A stretch of 64,000 bases of DNA from Mobula birostris (Eukaryota): the NCBI RefSeq assembly GCF_030028105.1, contig NC_092399.1, positions 15,830,881-15,894,880 of the forward strand. The letters run 5' to 3'. Shown piece by piece: positions 37,955 to 52,055 of the stretch (positions within the stretch are counted from its first letter, which is position 1; every line of letters begins with the position of its first letter). The notes under the pieces were generated by a model. That model was not told where the DNA came from and did no database searches. It saw nothing but the letters and a program-made list of their open reading frames with translations. Made by a program: the position numbers and the translations under genes.

Positions 37955-38869
37955 TGGAAATGGCAGTAGATTTGGTTTAATGAGTAACACACGTACAATG
38001 CCGAAGGAACTCAGCAGGTCAGACAGTATCTTTGGAAGGGAATAAACAGTTGATGTCTTGGGCTGAGGCCCTCCATAGTGGTATTGATTGCTAGTGTGAA
38101 CTTGATGAGATGAAGGGTCTTTTTTCAAGCTGTATGACTCTTGCCTCCCCCCCCCCCATCACAAAAGCTAGACTTTATTTAATTTTATTCACTCTCTGTA
38201 CTGCAGAGAAAGGGTCTGAGTACTGGTTATAGCAAAAGTTTGAGCTGTGACTATGAAACCGCTGAGCTCCGGCACCCCCACTAAACTCTTATATTACAGC
38301 AACAACACTGGGGAATTGGTGGGGTGCATCTGATTCACAAAGGATGGGCTGAGCAATAACTGCCTGAGCAGCCTACTCTCAAAGTGACAGAAGGCATGGA
38401 CGGTGTTAGTGAGCAGTTCACCTTAGGAGCACTTGACTCCACACCTCAGTACACACTTGGGCCAAGTGTAGATCAAAGTTGAACTGCCAAGGTAGGGGCA
38501 AGTAACTGCTGTTGACACGAAGACAGCACATGGTCTAATGCAAATTGGCAGCATGGCACTAGGGAGGGATGGTGTTGTTGCAAGAGAGACTGGAGAGATC
38601 ATGTCACCGCAGTATCTTTCCATCATCTGCAAGGCACAAGTCAGTGTGCGACCAGATGCCCTCTGCTTGCTCGGAGAGCGCAGCGCCAGCAAGACTCCTG
38701 CGTGTTTGGGACAAAGCAGCCTGCTTGACCGCTATCCAATAATGAGTGTAAGCCGTGTATGAACTGCCCAGAGCTTGTTCAGTGTTTGCCGCTCAGTCGT
38801 CTGTTACTTTGCAACCCTGCATGAGAGCACCAGTTATGTCAGAGGAAGAACCCACTTCCCTGCAATCTA

Positions 38870-39945
38870 AAGTGACCCCATATCTAAGAAAGGATGTGAT
38901 GCTGTTGGAGAGGATCCAGAGGGGGTTCATGAGAATGACCTCACGAATGAAAGGGTTAACATATGAGGAGCATTTGATGGGTCTGGGCCTGCACTCACTT
39001 GAGTTTATTAGAATGGTGGGGGGCATCTCATTGAAACTACCAGATATTGAAAGGCATAGATAGCGAACATGGAGATGATGTTTCCAAACACAGGCACAGC
39101 CTCAGGATACAAGGACGTACCTTCAGAACAGAGATAAGGAATAGGAACTTAAGAAATAGGAGCAGGAGTCGGCCATCTGACCTGTCGAGCCTGCTCCACC
39201 ATTCAATAAGATCATGGCTGATCTGACCATGAACTCATCTCCACCTACCTGCCTTTTCCCCACAACCCTTAATTCCTCTACTATGCAAAAGTCTATCCAA
39301 CCTTGTCTTAAATATATTTATTGAGGTAGTCTCCACTGGTTCTTTAATTTCTTTAGCCAGAGGGTGGCAAATTTGTGGAATTCATTGCCACAGAAGGCTG
39401 TGGGGGCCAAGCGACTGCGTATATTTAAAAATACGAAAAAGTCTGCAGATGCTGGAAATCCAAAGCAACACGCACAAAATGCTGGAGGAATTCAGTAGGT
39501 CAGGCAGCACCTATAGGAATGAATAGATAGTCTATGTTTTGGGCCGAGACCCTTCTTCCTGAATGGATTGGGGGGGGGGGGGAGATGCCAGAATTACAGA
39601 AGTGGGGGGAGGGGAAGGAGGCTAGCTGGATGGTGATAGTTGATGTCAGGTGGGTGGGAAAAGGTAAAGGACTAGAGAGGAAGGAATCTGATAGGAGAGG
39701 AGAGTGGACCATAGGAGAAAGGGAAGGCGGAGGAGACCCGGGGGGGGGGGGAAGGGGAGGTGAAATTCCTGGTACAATAAAAAGGTGGGAAGGTTAGCTG
39801 GAGGGTGATAGGTTCTTATTTGTAAAGGCGTCAAAGGTTACGGTGAGAAGGCAGGAGAATGAGACTGAGAGGGAAATATAAATCAGTCATGATCGAATGG
39901 TGGCTCAGACTCGACGGGCCGAACTTCCTGATTTTGCTGGTACGC
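38870..39945. mobile_element. Cluster of CR1 3' fragments in both orientations
   Basis: PYLRKDV.LLERIQR..RM remnant; inverted CR1 3'UTR at 39140-39340. Confidence 0.7.
39432..39790 (-). mobile_element. Penelope pLTR fragment (older subfamily) nested in CR1
   Basis: Similar to 1522-1860; splits a CR1 3' fragment. Confidence 0.7.
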
Positions 39946-39949
39946 CCTA

Positions 39950-41200
39950 TGGGTCCGCAGACGATGCTGGCTGATATTCCAAGAAAATGTTTTTTAAAAA
40001 ACCCGGGCAGTTGTAAAATACAGGTAAAAGCGCGATGAAAAAAATGCGCTTTGGTGGTTTGTTCTACTTCAGTTGTAAGTGCCTCCGGGTGTAAATCCGG
40101 GCGTTAAGAGCACGTCCGGGTCGAACCGGGTGGAGACCGACATTTATCCTGGGTAAGGGGGACTCGGGGTTTTATTTTTTGCTGAAATTGACTGTGACCG
40201 GCAAGGCTCCCTGGATGGCGGGATGAGCAGCGAACTCATTGAGGGCTGATAGGAAGGGAGACCGGGTGGCCGGGCGGATATCGCACTGGCGGTGCTGCCG
40301 CCCGCGTACGGTGCAAGCGACCCCCACCACCACGCACTGGGAAGGAGACGGGCACTTCTGTCAAACGGGCTTGGTCTGGTTCTTCGCCGCATCTTCGTCC
40401 TCCCGCTGCCTGCCTGCCTGCTCTCTTCCTCACCGTCCCCGTGGCTGCGCCCGGGCGTGCCCAGGTCCTGCGCTCGGGTGATTATTTACCCTCGCAGGGT
40501 GGATTAAATCCGGCCGTTCTCTCTTGCTACCCCCTCCCCCCCTTTTTATTTGACTAGCCGACCATTTGAACCGCGTGGAGAAATCGTGCGGAGTCTGGAG
40601 TCGCACAGGACAAAACACGTCTGCCTGTCCAAGTCTGCCATGCTCTGCTCGAGTTGCGATCGCGCTGCGTATCGAGGGTGTAATGTTTGGATATCAAATA
40701 AAAATCCTCTATCTCTCCACGTTACGGGCATCATTTGGAGTAAATAATGAGTAAATATCAAGGGAAATGTGGAGGCTGTTTCTTTAGCTAAGTACTCGCC
40801 CTACATTTTCCAGCCAAGATCAAAAGTTGCGGTTGGTAACTTGCAACCCATTGAAGTTGTCTCTAACCAGCCACTGTCTTTCTGCCCGTCACCCGTGCCC
40901 TGCTAGGCCAACAACAGCCTGCACTTTGTGTAGCAGCGTTCGCTCCGCTGAATGAACCAAGTGTGGTTCGCAGACCAGAGAACACCAAATCGCGTAAAAT
41001 GGTTTGATAAATTGAAAGTTTAAAAAAATATAACTGCGGATGTTGGAAACGGGCAATCCTGGACTTAGCGAGGCTGGCAGTGCCTGCTGAGGAAAATGTG
41101 ATTTCAAACTGTTTCTCTTTTGACGTGGCCTGTTTGAGTGTTTCCGTCATTTTTTTGTTTTTGTTTTGCGAATGCGTTGATTTGGCCAAAAAAAAGGTAA
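39950..41200 (+). promoter_or_regulatory. CpG island, probable ZBTB8A promoter and non-coding exon(s)
   Basis: High GC and CpG density 0.8-2 kb upstream of the ZBTB8A coding exon; candidate donors near 40153 (GG|GTAAGG) and 41197 (AG|GTAAGT). Confidence 0.65.
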
Positions 41201-41978
41201 GTTTTAAGTGGCAGAAAGTTGGCATTAACAGCAACCGGATGGTGAGGTTTTCAGAGAGAGCGTGTTCAAGACTGGTTAAGGTATGGTCACTCATGGAAAA
41301 GCAAAGAACAGTTCAAGTTTATTATCATAGGGAAAATGCTGTTTTAACGTACTCTTTTAAAGTTCCAAGTAATTTTTATTATTAAAGTACATGTATGTCA
41401 CCAAATACACCCCTGAAATTCATTTTCTTTGGACAGACACAGCCTCTTGAGCTTGCTGAGTCAGGAATTAAAATGGTCTGATTTGAACTTTGACCTTGGC
41501 TGTTTTCCCACCTAACACCACTCATCCCCAGTCTTAAATATTGCAATTCACCTCTTATTTATCTAAATTTGGGCTCATTTGTTCAATCTACAGCTACAAT
41601 CCCCCTCCCTCCACCTATAAACTTACAAATGTTTGGTCTTCAAATGAATGTTCAATTTCCATTTGAAACCTCTGTGAAATCTGATTTTGGGCAATGGTAT
41701 TCAGATTGTACTGTAGGGGTTGGAGTGAGTATGATCTCATTTGCACTTTGGTTGTTTTGATTTATATTTTATTAAATATATATCTTAAATTTGGATGGTC
41801 ATCCTGCATTAGTTGATTTTAAACTGAAAAAAACACACACACAAAGACCTTTTAATTGCTACTTTGACTTGTTTGAGATGAATTGATATATATTTGACGG
41901 GGATTATCCTCTGCTCTAAGCAAATTAATATTCTTCATGTCCTTTTCAGACTGATGTAACCCCCAGGCAGCTCTCAAG

Positions 41979-42882
41979 ATGGAGATCTCCTCACACCAAG
42001 CCCGTTTATTCCAACAGCTAAACGAACAGCGTAAGCAGGAAATGTTCTGTGACTGCAGCATCATTGTGGAGGGCAGAGTCTTTAAAGGTCACCGTAACAT
42101 CCTGTTTGCCAGCAGTGGCTACTTCCGTATGCTGCTGCTTCATAACGCCCAGGATGTGGGGCAGCCTGCCGTAGCCACATTCGACGTCTTCTCTGCAGAT
42201 GCATTTACAATTATTTTGGATTTCATCTACTCGGGGCGACTGTCCCTCACGAGCCAAAATGTGATTGATGTGATGTCAGCTGCCAGCTTCTTGCAAATGA
42301 CAGATGTAATTAATGTCTGCAAGAGCTTCATCAAATCATCCCTGGACATAAGTGAAAAAGAGAGATACTTAAGACATTCCAGTAATAGTGAAATTAAATG
42401 TGGGGAAGCACCTTCCTTGTACTCAGGCAGCCGTGGTGTAGAGATTAATGCTGGTCACGCTCAGAAGAACTCTGATTTGGGAGGTACTGTCGGACATTCC
42501 TGGAGAAATTTCAACTTTCATCAGGCAGTTTCAAACCTTCCCTGCCCCAGAGACCAATTGCCGATGTCTTTTGCCAATGACCAAGCGCCTCAGGAAGTTG
42601 CTGTTTACAAAGGCAACAGCTTGTGCAGTTTGGGTGCAAGAACGTCTGAACACATAAACACAGAACCCCAGGATCATGAGAAGAGAATAGCGGGTTCTGA
42701 GCCAATTGGTCCACTCGTGAATTATCATTTCAGGCATCAGGCAGATGCGCTGTCTCTGCCACAAAGGAACGCTGACACAGTGCAGCAACCTTCTCAAGGG
42801 AGAGATCGAAAGGCAGAAGATTGGTATCCTCCAGTGCCTACAATTGTGGAAGTTGTAGGTGACTGGAATGGAGAGAACACAG
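41979..42882 (+). CDS. ZBTB8A: ZBTB8A first coding exon (BTB/POZ domain plus linker)
   Basis: [53 protein letters not shown] is a ZBTB8A-type N-terminus. Acceptor ccttttcAG at 41948-41949; donor AG|GTAAGC (phase 1). Confidence 0.93.
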
Positions 42883-43013
42883 GTAAGCTTTCTTTAATGC
42901 CAAAGGTGCAGGCAAACCATTGAGATTTAGTGTCTGGGTATCTCATCATCTTACTGTAAATCTTTTAATTTGTTGCTTTACTAACCTGAGGCATTAAAAC
43001 AGTTCAAATGCAT

Positions 43014-43417
43014 ACATTCGTAAGGCCCATGATGTTGTGGGGATGGAACTGGACTCTCTGACGGTGGTGTCTGAAAAGAGGATGCTGTCCAAGTTGCATG
43101 CCATCTTGGACAGTGTCTCCCTTCCGCTACATAATGTACTGGTTGGGCACAGGAGTACATTCAGCCAGAGACTCATTCCACCGAGATGCAACACAGAGCG
43201 TCATAGGAGGTCATTCCTGCCTGTGGCCATCAAACTATACAACTCCTCCCTTGGAGGGTCAGGCACACTGAGCCAATAGGCTGGTCCTGGACTTATTTCC
43301 TGGCATAATTTACATATTACTATTTAACCTTTTATGGTTTTATTACTATTTAATTATTTATGGTGCAACTGTAACAAAAACCAATTTCCCCTGGGATCAA
43401 TAAAGTATGACTATGAC
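43014..43417 (+). mobile_element. Rex1/Babar-like LINE 3' end in a ZBTB8A intron
   Basis: CNTERHRRSFLPVAIKLYN C-terminal motif; gggatcAATAAAg followed by a (tatgac)n tail. Confidence 0.75.
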
Positions 43418-43592
43418 ATGTCTGGCTGTACATAGTCATTTGTTTGAAAGGCACTGTTGTCCATTACAATTGATTTTTGTTAACAGCTGCAACTGTTTCT
43501 ATTTGTATAGCATGTTTAACAAAAATTAACACATAGCCAGATTCCATGGCTTTTTACAGAGGTGTTACTTAATCAAATAAAATAGCTTTAAG

Positions 43593-43740
43593 AGCCGGCC
43601 AGTGGTGTAGAGGCATCAGCACCAGACTTCGAGGTGAATGGTCCTGGGTTTGAATCTGGCCAGCTCCCTGCACACTTTCAATCTGCGCTGGGTGGAGTGT
43701 CGAGCTAGCAACTCACTCAGCCTCGTAAAAATTAGACACG
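43593..43740 (+). mobile_element. tRNA-derived SINE; related copy at about 32150-32315
   Basis: tRNA-like head gtggtgtag..gcatcagcac..gacttcgagg..ggtttgaatc in both copies. Confidence 0.65.
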
Positions 43741-44074
43741 GCAAGGAGAGGAATAACATAACATGAGGACGGATTAGGAAATGAGGAGACATGAGGAAAT
43801 ATAAGCACTTGCCCAATACAATATTAAGCTTTAAGGAGGAACTGTACAGAAGGAAAACAGTAGTTTGCTACATACATTGATACATTTTGACAAGAATAAT
43901 GCTTTCAACGTCAGGTTTTTAGCTTCCCTAGATTTTCAACTGCTTAAAATCTATTACTAATGTTCTGTAGTCATAATTCACATATGTATTGCATTGTCTC
44001 ATCTGGATTAGTGCAGATTTAGAATTCCAAGTATTTTAAATGTTGTTTAAATATCTACATCTTTTTTTTCAAAG

Positions 44075-44253
44075 GAGACTGCAATATATTACCAAAGATG
44101 AGATTCAAGTGCCCTTTCTGTACACATACAGTGAAGCGGAAATCTGACTTGAAGCGACATCTTCGATCACATACAGGGGAGAGACCATTTCCTTGTGATT
44201 CCTGTGGAAAGAGATTCACACGACTCGAGCACCTCCGCAGTCACCACATGACC
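44075..44253 (+). CDS. ZBTB8A: ZBTB8A coding exon 2 (C2H2 zinc fingers)
   Basis: 179 nt; encodes [52 protein letters not shown]. Acceptor ttttcaaAG, donor GTGAGT. Confidence 0.93.
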
Positions 44254-44494
44254 GTGAGTGTGAAGTCTCAGTGTTTACTAAAGTTAACAATGATCATGGG
44301 AGACATGGGAGCTCAACCTCATGCGTATCCTGCATCTTAAATAAACAAACTATTGAATAATAACGTGAATATTATGGTGCACCTGGCAGAAACTTTAGCT
44401 GGCATTGTCACTTGGGTAACATCAATTATTAATGTGGAACTCTTAGCCTGCCTTACCTATTTTTGTGGTTTCTTCCTTGTTACTGATAACCACT

Positions 44495-44800
44495 TGCACG
44501 TGGCCAAGTGGTTAAGGCATTGGACTAGCGACCTGAAGGTCGTGAGTTCGAGCCCCAGCTGAGGGAACGTGTTGTGTCCTTGAGCAAGGCACTTAATCAC
44601 ATTGCTCTGCGACGACACTGGTGCCAACCTGTATGGGTCCTCATGCCCTTCCCTTGGACAACATCGGTGTCGTGGAGAGGGGAGACTTGCAGCATGGGCA
44701 ACTGCTGGTCTTCCATACAACCTTTCCCAGGCCTGCACCCTGGAGAGTGAAGACTTTCCAGGCGCAGATCCATGGTCTCGCAAGACTAATGCATGCCTTA
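44495..44800 (+). mobile_element. tRNA-derived SINE
   Basis: Box A TGGCCAAGTGG and box B GTTCGAGCC, followed by a body shared with about 360-520 and 60930-61090. Confidence 0.75.
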
Positions 44801-45350
44801 CTGATAAATTAAGAGGGAAGTTGTGTACTCTGATCTAATGTTAACATCCATTGATTTAATGGCAACTTATGACAAAAAAAATCTAAAACTATAAAAGTTC
44901 CGCCTTTCCTCAACCTTGATCTTCCTGCCATTGTGTGTCAGTCACAGTTGTGTTTCTATATACATTGCATATAGAAACATTCTGACTTACCACAAGTGTG
45001 GGTGAACTTGCATTACTAATGAGTCTTGATTTTGTTTGTTGGTGCTGTTTGCTTGCACTATAATATGGCTTTGTGTTAATCTTACTAAATTCATCATTTT
45101 ATTGTCCTTCGCAACATTGCTGACTTGTTTTATTAGCTCTGCAATTATCAAGAGCAATGACCTAGATGAAAGATCTTGACCCAAAATGTCGACGGTCCAT
45201 TTCCCTCCGCAGATGCTGCCTGACCCACTGAGTTCCTCCAGCAATTTACTTTTTAATCAAGGGCAATAAGTTCTATTTCAGTTAGTAACAGTATTGTGCC
45301 TTTCCATTTTTGTTCCATTCATGTCTTTGTGTTGTTTGGACTTTTTCCAG

Positions 45351-45680
45351 ATCCATGTGTCCAGAAAGGCTATTTGCAAAGTTTGCAGGAAATCACTTAC
45401 CGGCATTGCAGCCAAAATTGTACAATATGATGGCAGGTCATTTGGGTTGTGCAATAGCTGTACAAATCCAATGAATTCGGGTCACGATGATGAACCTATC
45501 GACTTGGATGCACACGCAGACAATGATACGGAATTTCAGGAAATTAACAAAGAATCTAGCTGGATTTCTGCAGAAACTCAGGGCGACACAGAAGTCCTGA
45601 GTTCAGGAGGAGAAGATCCAGGCAGCAACAAAGTTAATGTAGTAGAAGAAATTCTGGATGATTCAGATGAGCAAGTGTAA
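45351..45680 (+). CDS. ZBTB8A: ZBTB8A last coding exon
   Basis: Acceptor ctttttccAG; IHVSRKAICKVCRK...GLCNSC...PIDLDA followed by an acidic tail DDSDEQV*. Confidence 0.9.
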   Translation: MHVSRKAICKVCRKSLTGIAAKIVQYDGRSFGLCNSCTNPMNSGHDDEPIDLDAHADNDTEFQEINKESSWISAETQGDTEVLSSGGEDPGSNKVNVVEEILDDSDEQV

Positions 45681-48199
45681 GTTTATGATAAAACTGAGAA
45701 GAGAGCCTGAGGGGACATTCTATGCTGAAACCTTTTTATAAGGATAGAAAATTACAAATGTTACCCGAGGGGTTATAAAGAGAGGTTCCAACACCTTGTA
45801 CATATATTTGCCTTTTAAAATGTTACTAACAACTTGTTAGTTGTTTCTCATTTCTGCATATTAAAGGTGAGATGGTTTAAAGTATTGAGTTACTAATGGA
45901 AAGCATTGCTTTAAAGTGTTGCATGATGAATAGTGTATTTAAAACCACAAGGATTAGGTCATAGCCAAGAACCTTTTTGACAACATGTTAAAGAGAAGAT
46001 GGATTCTCAAGATTAGATTTGAAGAAACATATTGTTTTCTGTTGTAGAATAATGATTATACATAATGCTCAGATATTCACTGTCATGTTGCCCTGGTGGA
46101 GAGCTAGCATGGACATGATGTGTTAAGTGGCCTTCTGTATTGAAACCAATCTGTGATCCTGTTCATACAACATACTTCTACATACAACATTTTTACGCTC
46201 AGAAAGGACTTCAAATTGCATGCTTATAACCAGATGTCACAGATTCATACATGAACATAAATCTAGAGTCCATATGTTTGGATTGTTTTCAAAATGTTAA
46301 AAGTCTGTGATAAGACAAAGGACGATTTAATTTTCATGTTAATTCCAACTTGGGAAATAGTGCTGCAGGCAGAACCATTTTATTTATCCATCAATATTTT
46401 ACCTAATTTATTTTAAGACTTAAGTTATTTTTAGGTAATTTTCATTTCAGTTTTGTATTATTATCAAATCATCCTGTGTTTCTGGCATCCCCTCATCACC
46501 TGCTGGCATTTTTGCTTAGCATGATCAATATTTGTCTCTTGGTTAAGGAAATTGAAGTCTTGTGGTATTACCTGCTTTTGCACCTGAGTTTGTTATAGTA
46601 AATAATTTTCAGTCTTGGACAGATGGATCTTCAGTAAAGAAGCATGTCTGGAAATTGACAAAACTTTCTTTGAAAGAACAAATATAATGTTTATACCCAT
46701 ACCCTAATAACTTGCATTTAAACTCACAACATTGATATTCTGTTTTCCTTATTAATTACCGTACAGGTAGCCAATATTCCTGCTCATATAATTCATGTTC
46801 AAATTATTGACAGATCATACGGTATTTCCACCATCTCCTGCTCTAGGTGTGGAAGACTGTAACATGAGTGTTCAGTAAGGTGACGTTATGAGCGCACATC
46901 TTGAATGCCTGCTAACTCACTGGATGCCTCCCTGACCTTAAGGACTGATAGATATATGTTTTGTATTACATATTAAATATTCTTTGTACAAAGAGGATCC
47001 AATTCATTGAGCTTCATGGGAAAAGAGGATAAACAGATATGTTTTAAGTGATTTGTGGTTTTAAAACATCATGGTCAAGATGTATGATATTGCAATACAC
47101 AATTTTTATATACTGTATATTAATGTTTATTGGATTTTGATCTTGTGCCAGAACTGTTAAACTTGTTGTATTGTAACATTGTTTTTATACTCTGACTGCT
47201 CTGAGAATTGCTGTCAGCTAATTATTTCTTTTTTGGATTGGGTAATGTGTTCTAAGTGATTTTGATAATTGAACCTGTAACGCTTAAAACCAATCATGAT
47301 TTTAAATCATACCCAAATTGGATGCCCAGATTATTTTTATATATAAGTTTCCAAAAAAATACGCTGTCACTTAAAAAAGTGAGTAATTCTATGTTTAAAA
47401 AGTATATATTTTTTCTACAAAGTGCATCTGTTACTGGAACAATGTGTTTCATGGTGGTATATTAAATACAGCTGAGTTGACTATTGTGGATTGATCCATA
47501 CAACTTGTCTAAGATAAAGGTAACCTATTTTGAAGCTTCAATTCATTCTGTTAACCTTATCGTCTCCAAGAAGATGTCAAATTTTTGAATGCACAGTATT
47601 TAGTGCCGTAGAAGTATCCTAGGTTTTTAACAGATCTCATTCTTGTATGAATTTGATGTACGTTTTGATTCATAACTTCGTGTGCTTCTCCAGTCCTCTG
47701 AAAGGCGGCTGGAGCGATAAGACCCATTATAAATTGATAATCAATTATAAATAAGTTATTAAGCAATGAAATTTTACTGTAAGTATCACTGTATCTTATC
47801 TTTGAACCATCTTCAACTCATTTTGACCCCTCCTCAAGCGCTGCCTGGACATTTTGTTGCTCTGATTTCTTGGCATGTTTCTTGTCTTCATTTCTGTTCG
47901 CTGCACTATTATAACCTGAAAATAAATCTCCAAATTTTCTGGCATTTCCTTTCTTTTTGCTCCTCCACTTCCCGCGCTCACTAACTTTCTCCTTGAAGAT
48001 CCATTTGAAAATCTATTTCTTTGATCAAGTTAGCATTAATTGCACCTCTGAGAAATTCTTTTGAATTGTATAACATTGAAGATATTATGTAAGGACAAGT
48101 TTTAACAATGAAAATAACAAAAATGGCTGCTATATTTTCATTAGTGGGCCATCTGTACTCTTTTAACTAGAAGTCCTCATTGCCCCAGGCTTTATTGAG

Positions 48200-48990
48200 T
48201 CATAGTGTTGTACTGTACTGAAATGGGTCCTTCAGCCCAACTCATCCACACCAAACAAGTTGCCTATCTGAAACGGTCTTTTTTGCCGTATTTGGCCCGT
48301 GTCCCTCTGAACATTTCCCATCCATGTACCTGTTGAAATATCTTTTAAGCAGTGCTATTGTACCTGCCTCTACCACTTCTTCTTGTTCCACATACTCACC
48401 AGTTTCTTTGTGAAGAATTTGCTCCTTGGTTCCTGAAATTTCTCCCATCTCACCTTAAATCTATATTTAGCAGCCATTCACCTCATTCTTGCCTCTCATT
48501 AACTTTTATACCTCTGTAAGGTCACCCCTCAGTGTTCGACCCTCGAGGAAAAACACTGCAGTCGCTCCTCATAACTCAGGTTCTCCAGTTCTGGTAACAC
48601 ACTTGTGAATCTTTTCTGCATCCTTTCCAGCTTAATGACGTCCTTGTAGCTAGACAACCATAATTGCACAAACTATCCCATGTATGATCTCAGCGAAGTC
48701 TTGTACTGTTGTAACATGACATCCCAACTCTTTTACTCAGGGCCCTGGCTAATAAAGACAAGTGTGCCAAATGCCTTCCACACCAGCCTGTCTAGGGTAT
48801 GACTTTCAGGGAGCTATGAAGATATCTATTCCTAGGTCTCCCTATTCTACAACACTCTCCAGAGCCCTTCTATTTACTGTGCAAGCCCTGCACCGGTTTA
48901 GCTGACCAAAATTGCAACATCTATCACGTGTCCAAGTTAGCTTCCAGCTGCTGTTCCTTAGCCCACTTTCCCAGTTGATTTAGATCAGGC
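48200..48990 (-). mobile_element. CR1 3' fragment (decayed)
   Basis: Resembles 54715-55500. Confidence 0.7.
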
Positions 48991-49128
48991 TGTAATTTTA
49001 GATGATCGATTTCACCGCTAATTTACTAACAAATCAAAAAAAAAAAATACTTCGGGTAAAACAGCAAGGAATGGAACAATGTATTGGAACTGGATCTCGG
49101 TGCTCTTGATGAAGAAGCATAAAAGGAG

Positions 49129-50750
49129 GAATAAACTCTTGGGTTTCCAGCCAAGTATGAGTATCGATTTTTAACTGGCATTTCAAACTCTGTCCTCTTC
49201 ATCAGGGGTGATGCCTGGGCACGTCTAGTCTGGTGGTATTTATACCCCTGTTGTCCATTCCTCCTGATTGGTTAGTTCTTATCCAATCAGGTTTCTGCTG
49301 TTCCACCTTGTTTACAATCAAATTACATTTCTTACAGGAGCAAAACCTTCATCTTTGTTTAAATTCATCTTCTCTATTTTTATTTCAACAGTTTCTTTCA
49401 CCAGGCGGTTCCAAAAGCCATTGGTGTGGCACAGTAGTTTAGTGCTGTTGAAGTCAATCCTATGGCCATTGTAAATGCAATGTTCTGCTACCTCCGATTT
49501 CTCCGAGTAACCCAAACGGATTCACCAACTGTGCTCGACGTGGGTTTCCACTATGCGTCCCATCTGGCTGATATACACTGCTCCACATTCACAGAGAATC
49601 ACGTAAATGCCAGCCGCCCTGAGTCCCAGGTCATCTTGGACCCACATACACTGTGATTTGAGCTTCCTTGTGGGTTTGTGATGGTATTAATCTGGTATTT
49701 CTTCAGGATCCAGGTGATCCTTCCAGAAGCTATGGAAATATTGGGAAGACAGGCGGTAGCAATGGGTTCCTCCTTGTTAGGTTTCCTGGTTTTTCTATCA
49801 GCTCTTTTAAGGGCCCGATTGATTTCCTTCACCTGATAGCCATTCTGTAGGGACGTTGTGCATCTTATTTCTTCATGGAGATTCTCCTGGTCTGACATAG
49901 TTTTTGCACAGTTAAACAAAGTAGAAAGAACCACTCTACATTGGGAGGTGTGATGGTGGTGGTTTTGTGGAGGTATAAGTCCGTGTGAGTGGGTGTCCAA
50001 TAGATGCCATGTCCAAGGCTACCATCCAGTTTCCGTTGTATTAGAATGTCAGGAATGGGAAGCAACCATTCTCCATCTCCATCATAAATTGAATGTTTGG
50101 ATGTATACTGTTCAGATGGTCGTGGAACTGCTGGAAGTACCTAGAGTCCATGAGGCCACACTATGAAAGTGTCATCAATGTATCTGAAGAAGCATTTGGG
50201 GCATAAAGGTGATGAACTCAGAGCCCTCTCCTCAAAGTCCTCAATGTAGAAACTAACAATACTGGCAACAAGGGACACTCTGTTCATTTGTTCATAGTAG
50301 TTCCCCTTTAGAGGAAGTACATTGATGTAAACGTGTGTTCAAAAAGGTCAATGGTACCCTCATCAAACCTTGACCATAGGAGGACCAAGCTGTCCTTAAC
50401 ACACCGTGCCAATGGCTTTTGGGACCACCTGGAGAAGGAAGCCATTGAAGTAAAACCAGGGGAAAAGAATTTTAACAAAGACAAAAGATCTCATTCCTGG
50501 TAAAGACAGGAATTCGATTGTAAACAAGGTGGGATAGTGGAAACCTGATTTAACGAGGGCTAACCAATCAGGATGGATGGATGATGGAGGTATAAATACC
50601 ACCGGACTAGACATGCCCAGGCATTATCCCTGATGAAGATGGCAGAGTTGGTCATTGAAATGTCAGTTAAAATCAATATCTGTACCTGGCTGGAAACCCA
50701 AAAAGAGTTTATTGGTCATATACGCTGGGAAAGCACTAGATCCTTTTTCG
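49129..50750 (-). mobile_element. Second Penelope-like family (Poseidon-type), 5'-truncated, with inverted pseudo-LTR
   Basis: Minus-strand RYIDDTFIVWPHG, PTHTDLYL, a GIY..C.CG.VYI.Q GIY-YIG remnant and SEVAEHC. Segment about 49129-49465 is mirrored at 50398-50750; near-TSD agcataaaaggag / agcatataaggag. Confidence 0.85.
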
Positions 50751-51519
50751 AGCATATAAGGAGTTGAAAATGTTATTTTGATTCAGAAGATGGCAAGAGA
50801 GAGATGGGGAACAGAGTTTGTGGCAGGGACTAAAGATTTAGTATTTTCACAGAGTGATTTTTCTCAGCTAATAATAGATATCAAATGAACTGAGCAGAGC
50901 TACTGGGTTCACATTTTGATGCAGGTATTTATTTGTAAAATAAACATTAACTTTACAGTGTTCAGAAGAAAATCATCCCTCAGTGTTGGAAAATAACAGG
51001 TCAGGAATGACAATCACACACACAAAATGCTGGATGAACTTAGCAGGTCAGACAGTACGTGTGGAAAAAAAGTAGAGAGTCAATTTTTTGGGCGTGACCT
51101 ACTGAATTCCTCCAGCATTACTCTGGATTTCCAGCAGGTGCATAATCTCTTGTGTCTATAACTGACAGGACTAGTAGAAGGTGCAGACATGGGGTGGATT
51201 TTGTACTTTCTATGCAGATGTTTTTCATACATTAATTCAACAAATGAAACTATCTATAGAACATCTTTAACTTTTTAAGTTGTGTTGGTGTAAACAATAC
51301 TTGCAATTTAGGATCATAAACACCCCTAAAGAGTTTGTTGGCAATTGCTTTCATTGTTTGTCAATGTGCTCTGATAGATACATAGATTTAAAGGTCATTC
51401 AGTCATTGAACTAGTTCCACAATTCAATTCAATTAACTCTCGGTTCATGCAAGAATAGTATTTTACATTGCTGTGTAAATCCATAAAGAATTTGAGGATT
51501 TCTGCATAGAATATTTATT

Positions 51520-51803
51520 CAGTTTAAGAATAAGGGGTAGACAATTTAGAACGGAGTTAAGGAAGAACTTTTTCACACAGAGGGTTGTGGTTCTGTGGAA
51601 TGCTCTGCCTCAGAAGGCAGTGGAGGCCAATTCTCTGGATTCTTTCAAAAAAGAGTTAGATAGAGCTCTCAAAGATAGCGGAGTGAAGGAATATGGGGAG
51701 AAGGCAGGAACTGGATACTGATTGTGGATGATCAGCCGTGATCACAGTGAATGGTGGTGCTGGCTCAAAGGGCTGAATGGCCTACTTCTGCATCTATTGT
51801 CTA
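51520..51803 (+). mobile_element. CR1 3' end
   Basis: FFTQRVV.LWNALP motif and CR1-type 3'UTR. Confidence 0.75.
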
Positions 51804-52055
51804 AAAGAGAGATTCATATACTTTTAAAGAATGGATTTCCACTCATTTAAAGCAATTCAGATGTATATAGCTTTCAAAGGAAGTTGTGAAATTGCTTTGT
51901 TTCAGCATAGCTGTTTGCAAGCTTCTGCATTACAATCACTTGAATTTGAAGTACATTTAAGGAATTTATGAACTAATTGTTTTACAGAGTACCCTTAAAA
52001 TTGTGTGCAAGTAGCATGAAACAAGTTTTTAATGACACTAAAGGCTATTATTACT

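Noticed and set aside
40144-41385. Multiple ORFs in the CpG island
   Set aside because: Expected from stop-poor GC-rich sequence; no recognisable domains.
44495-44570. tRNA-like sequence with A and B boxes
   Set aside because: No proper acceptor stem or Pol III terminator, and it continues into a repeat body found elsewhere. It is a SINE head, not a tRNA gene.
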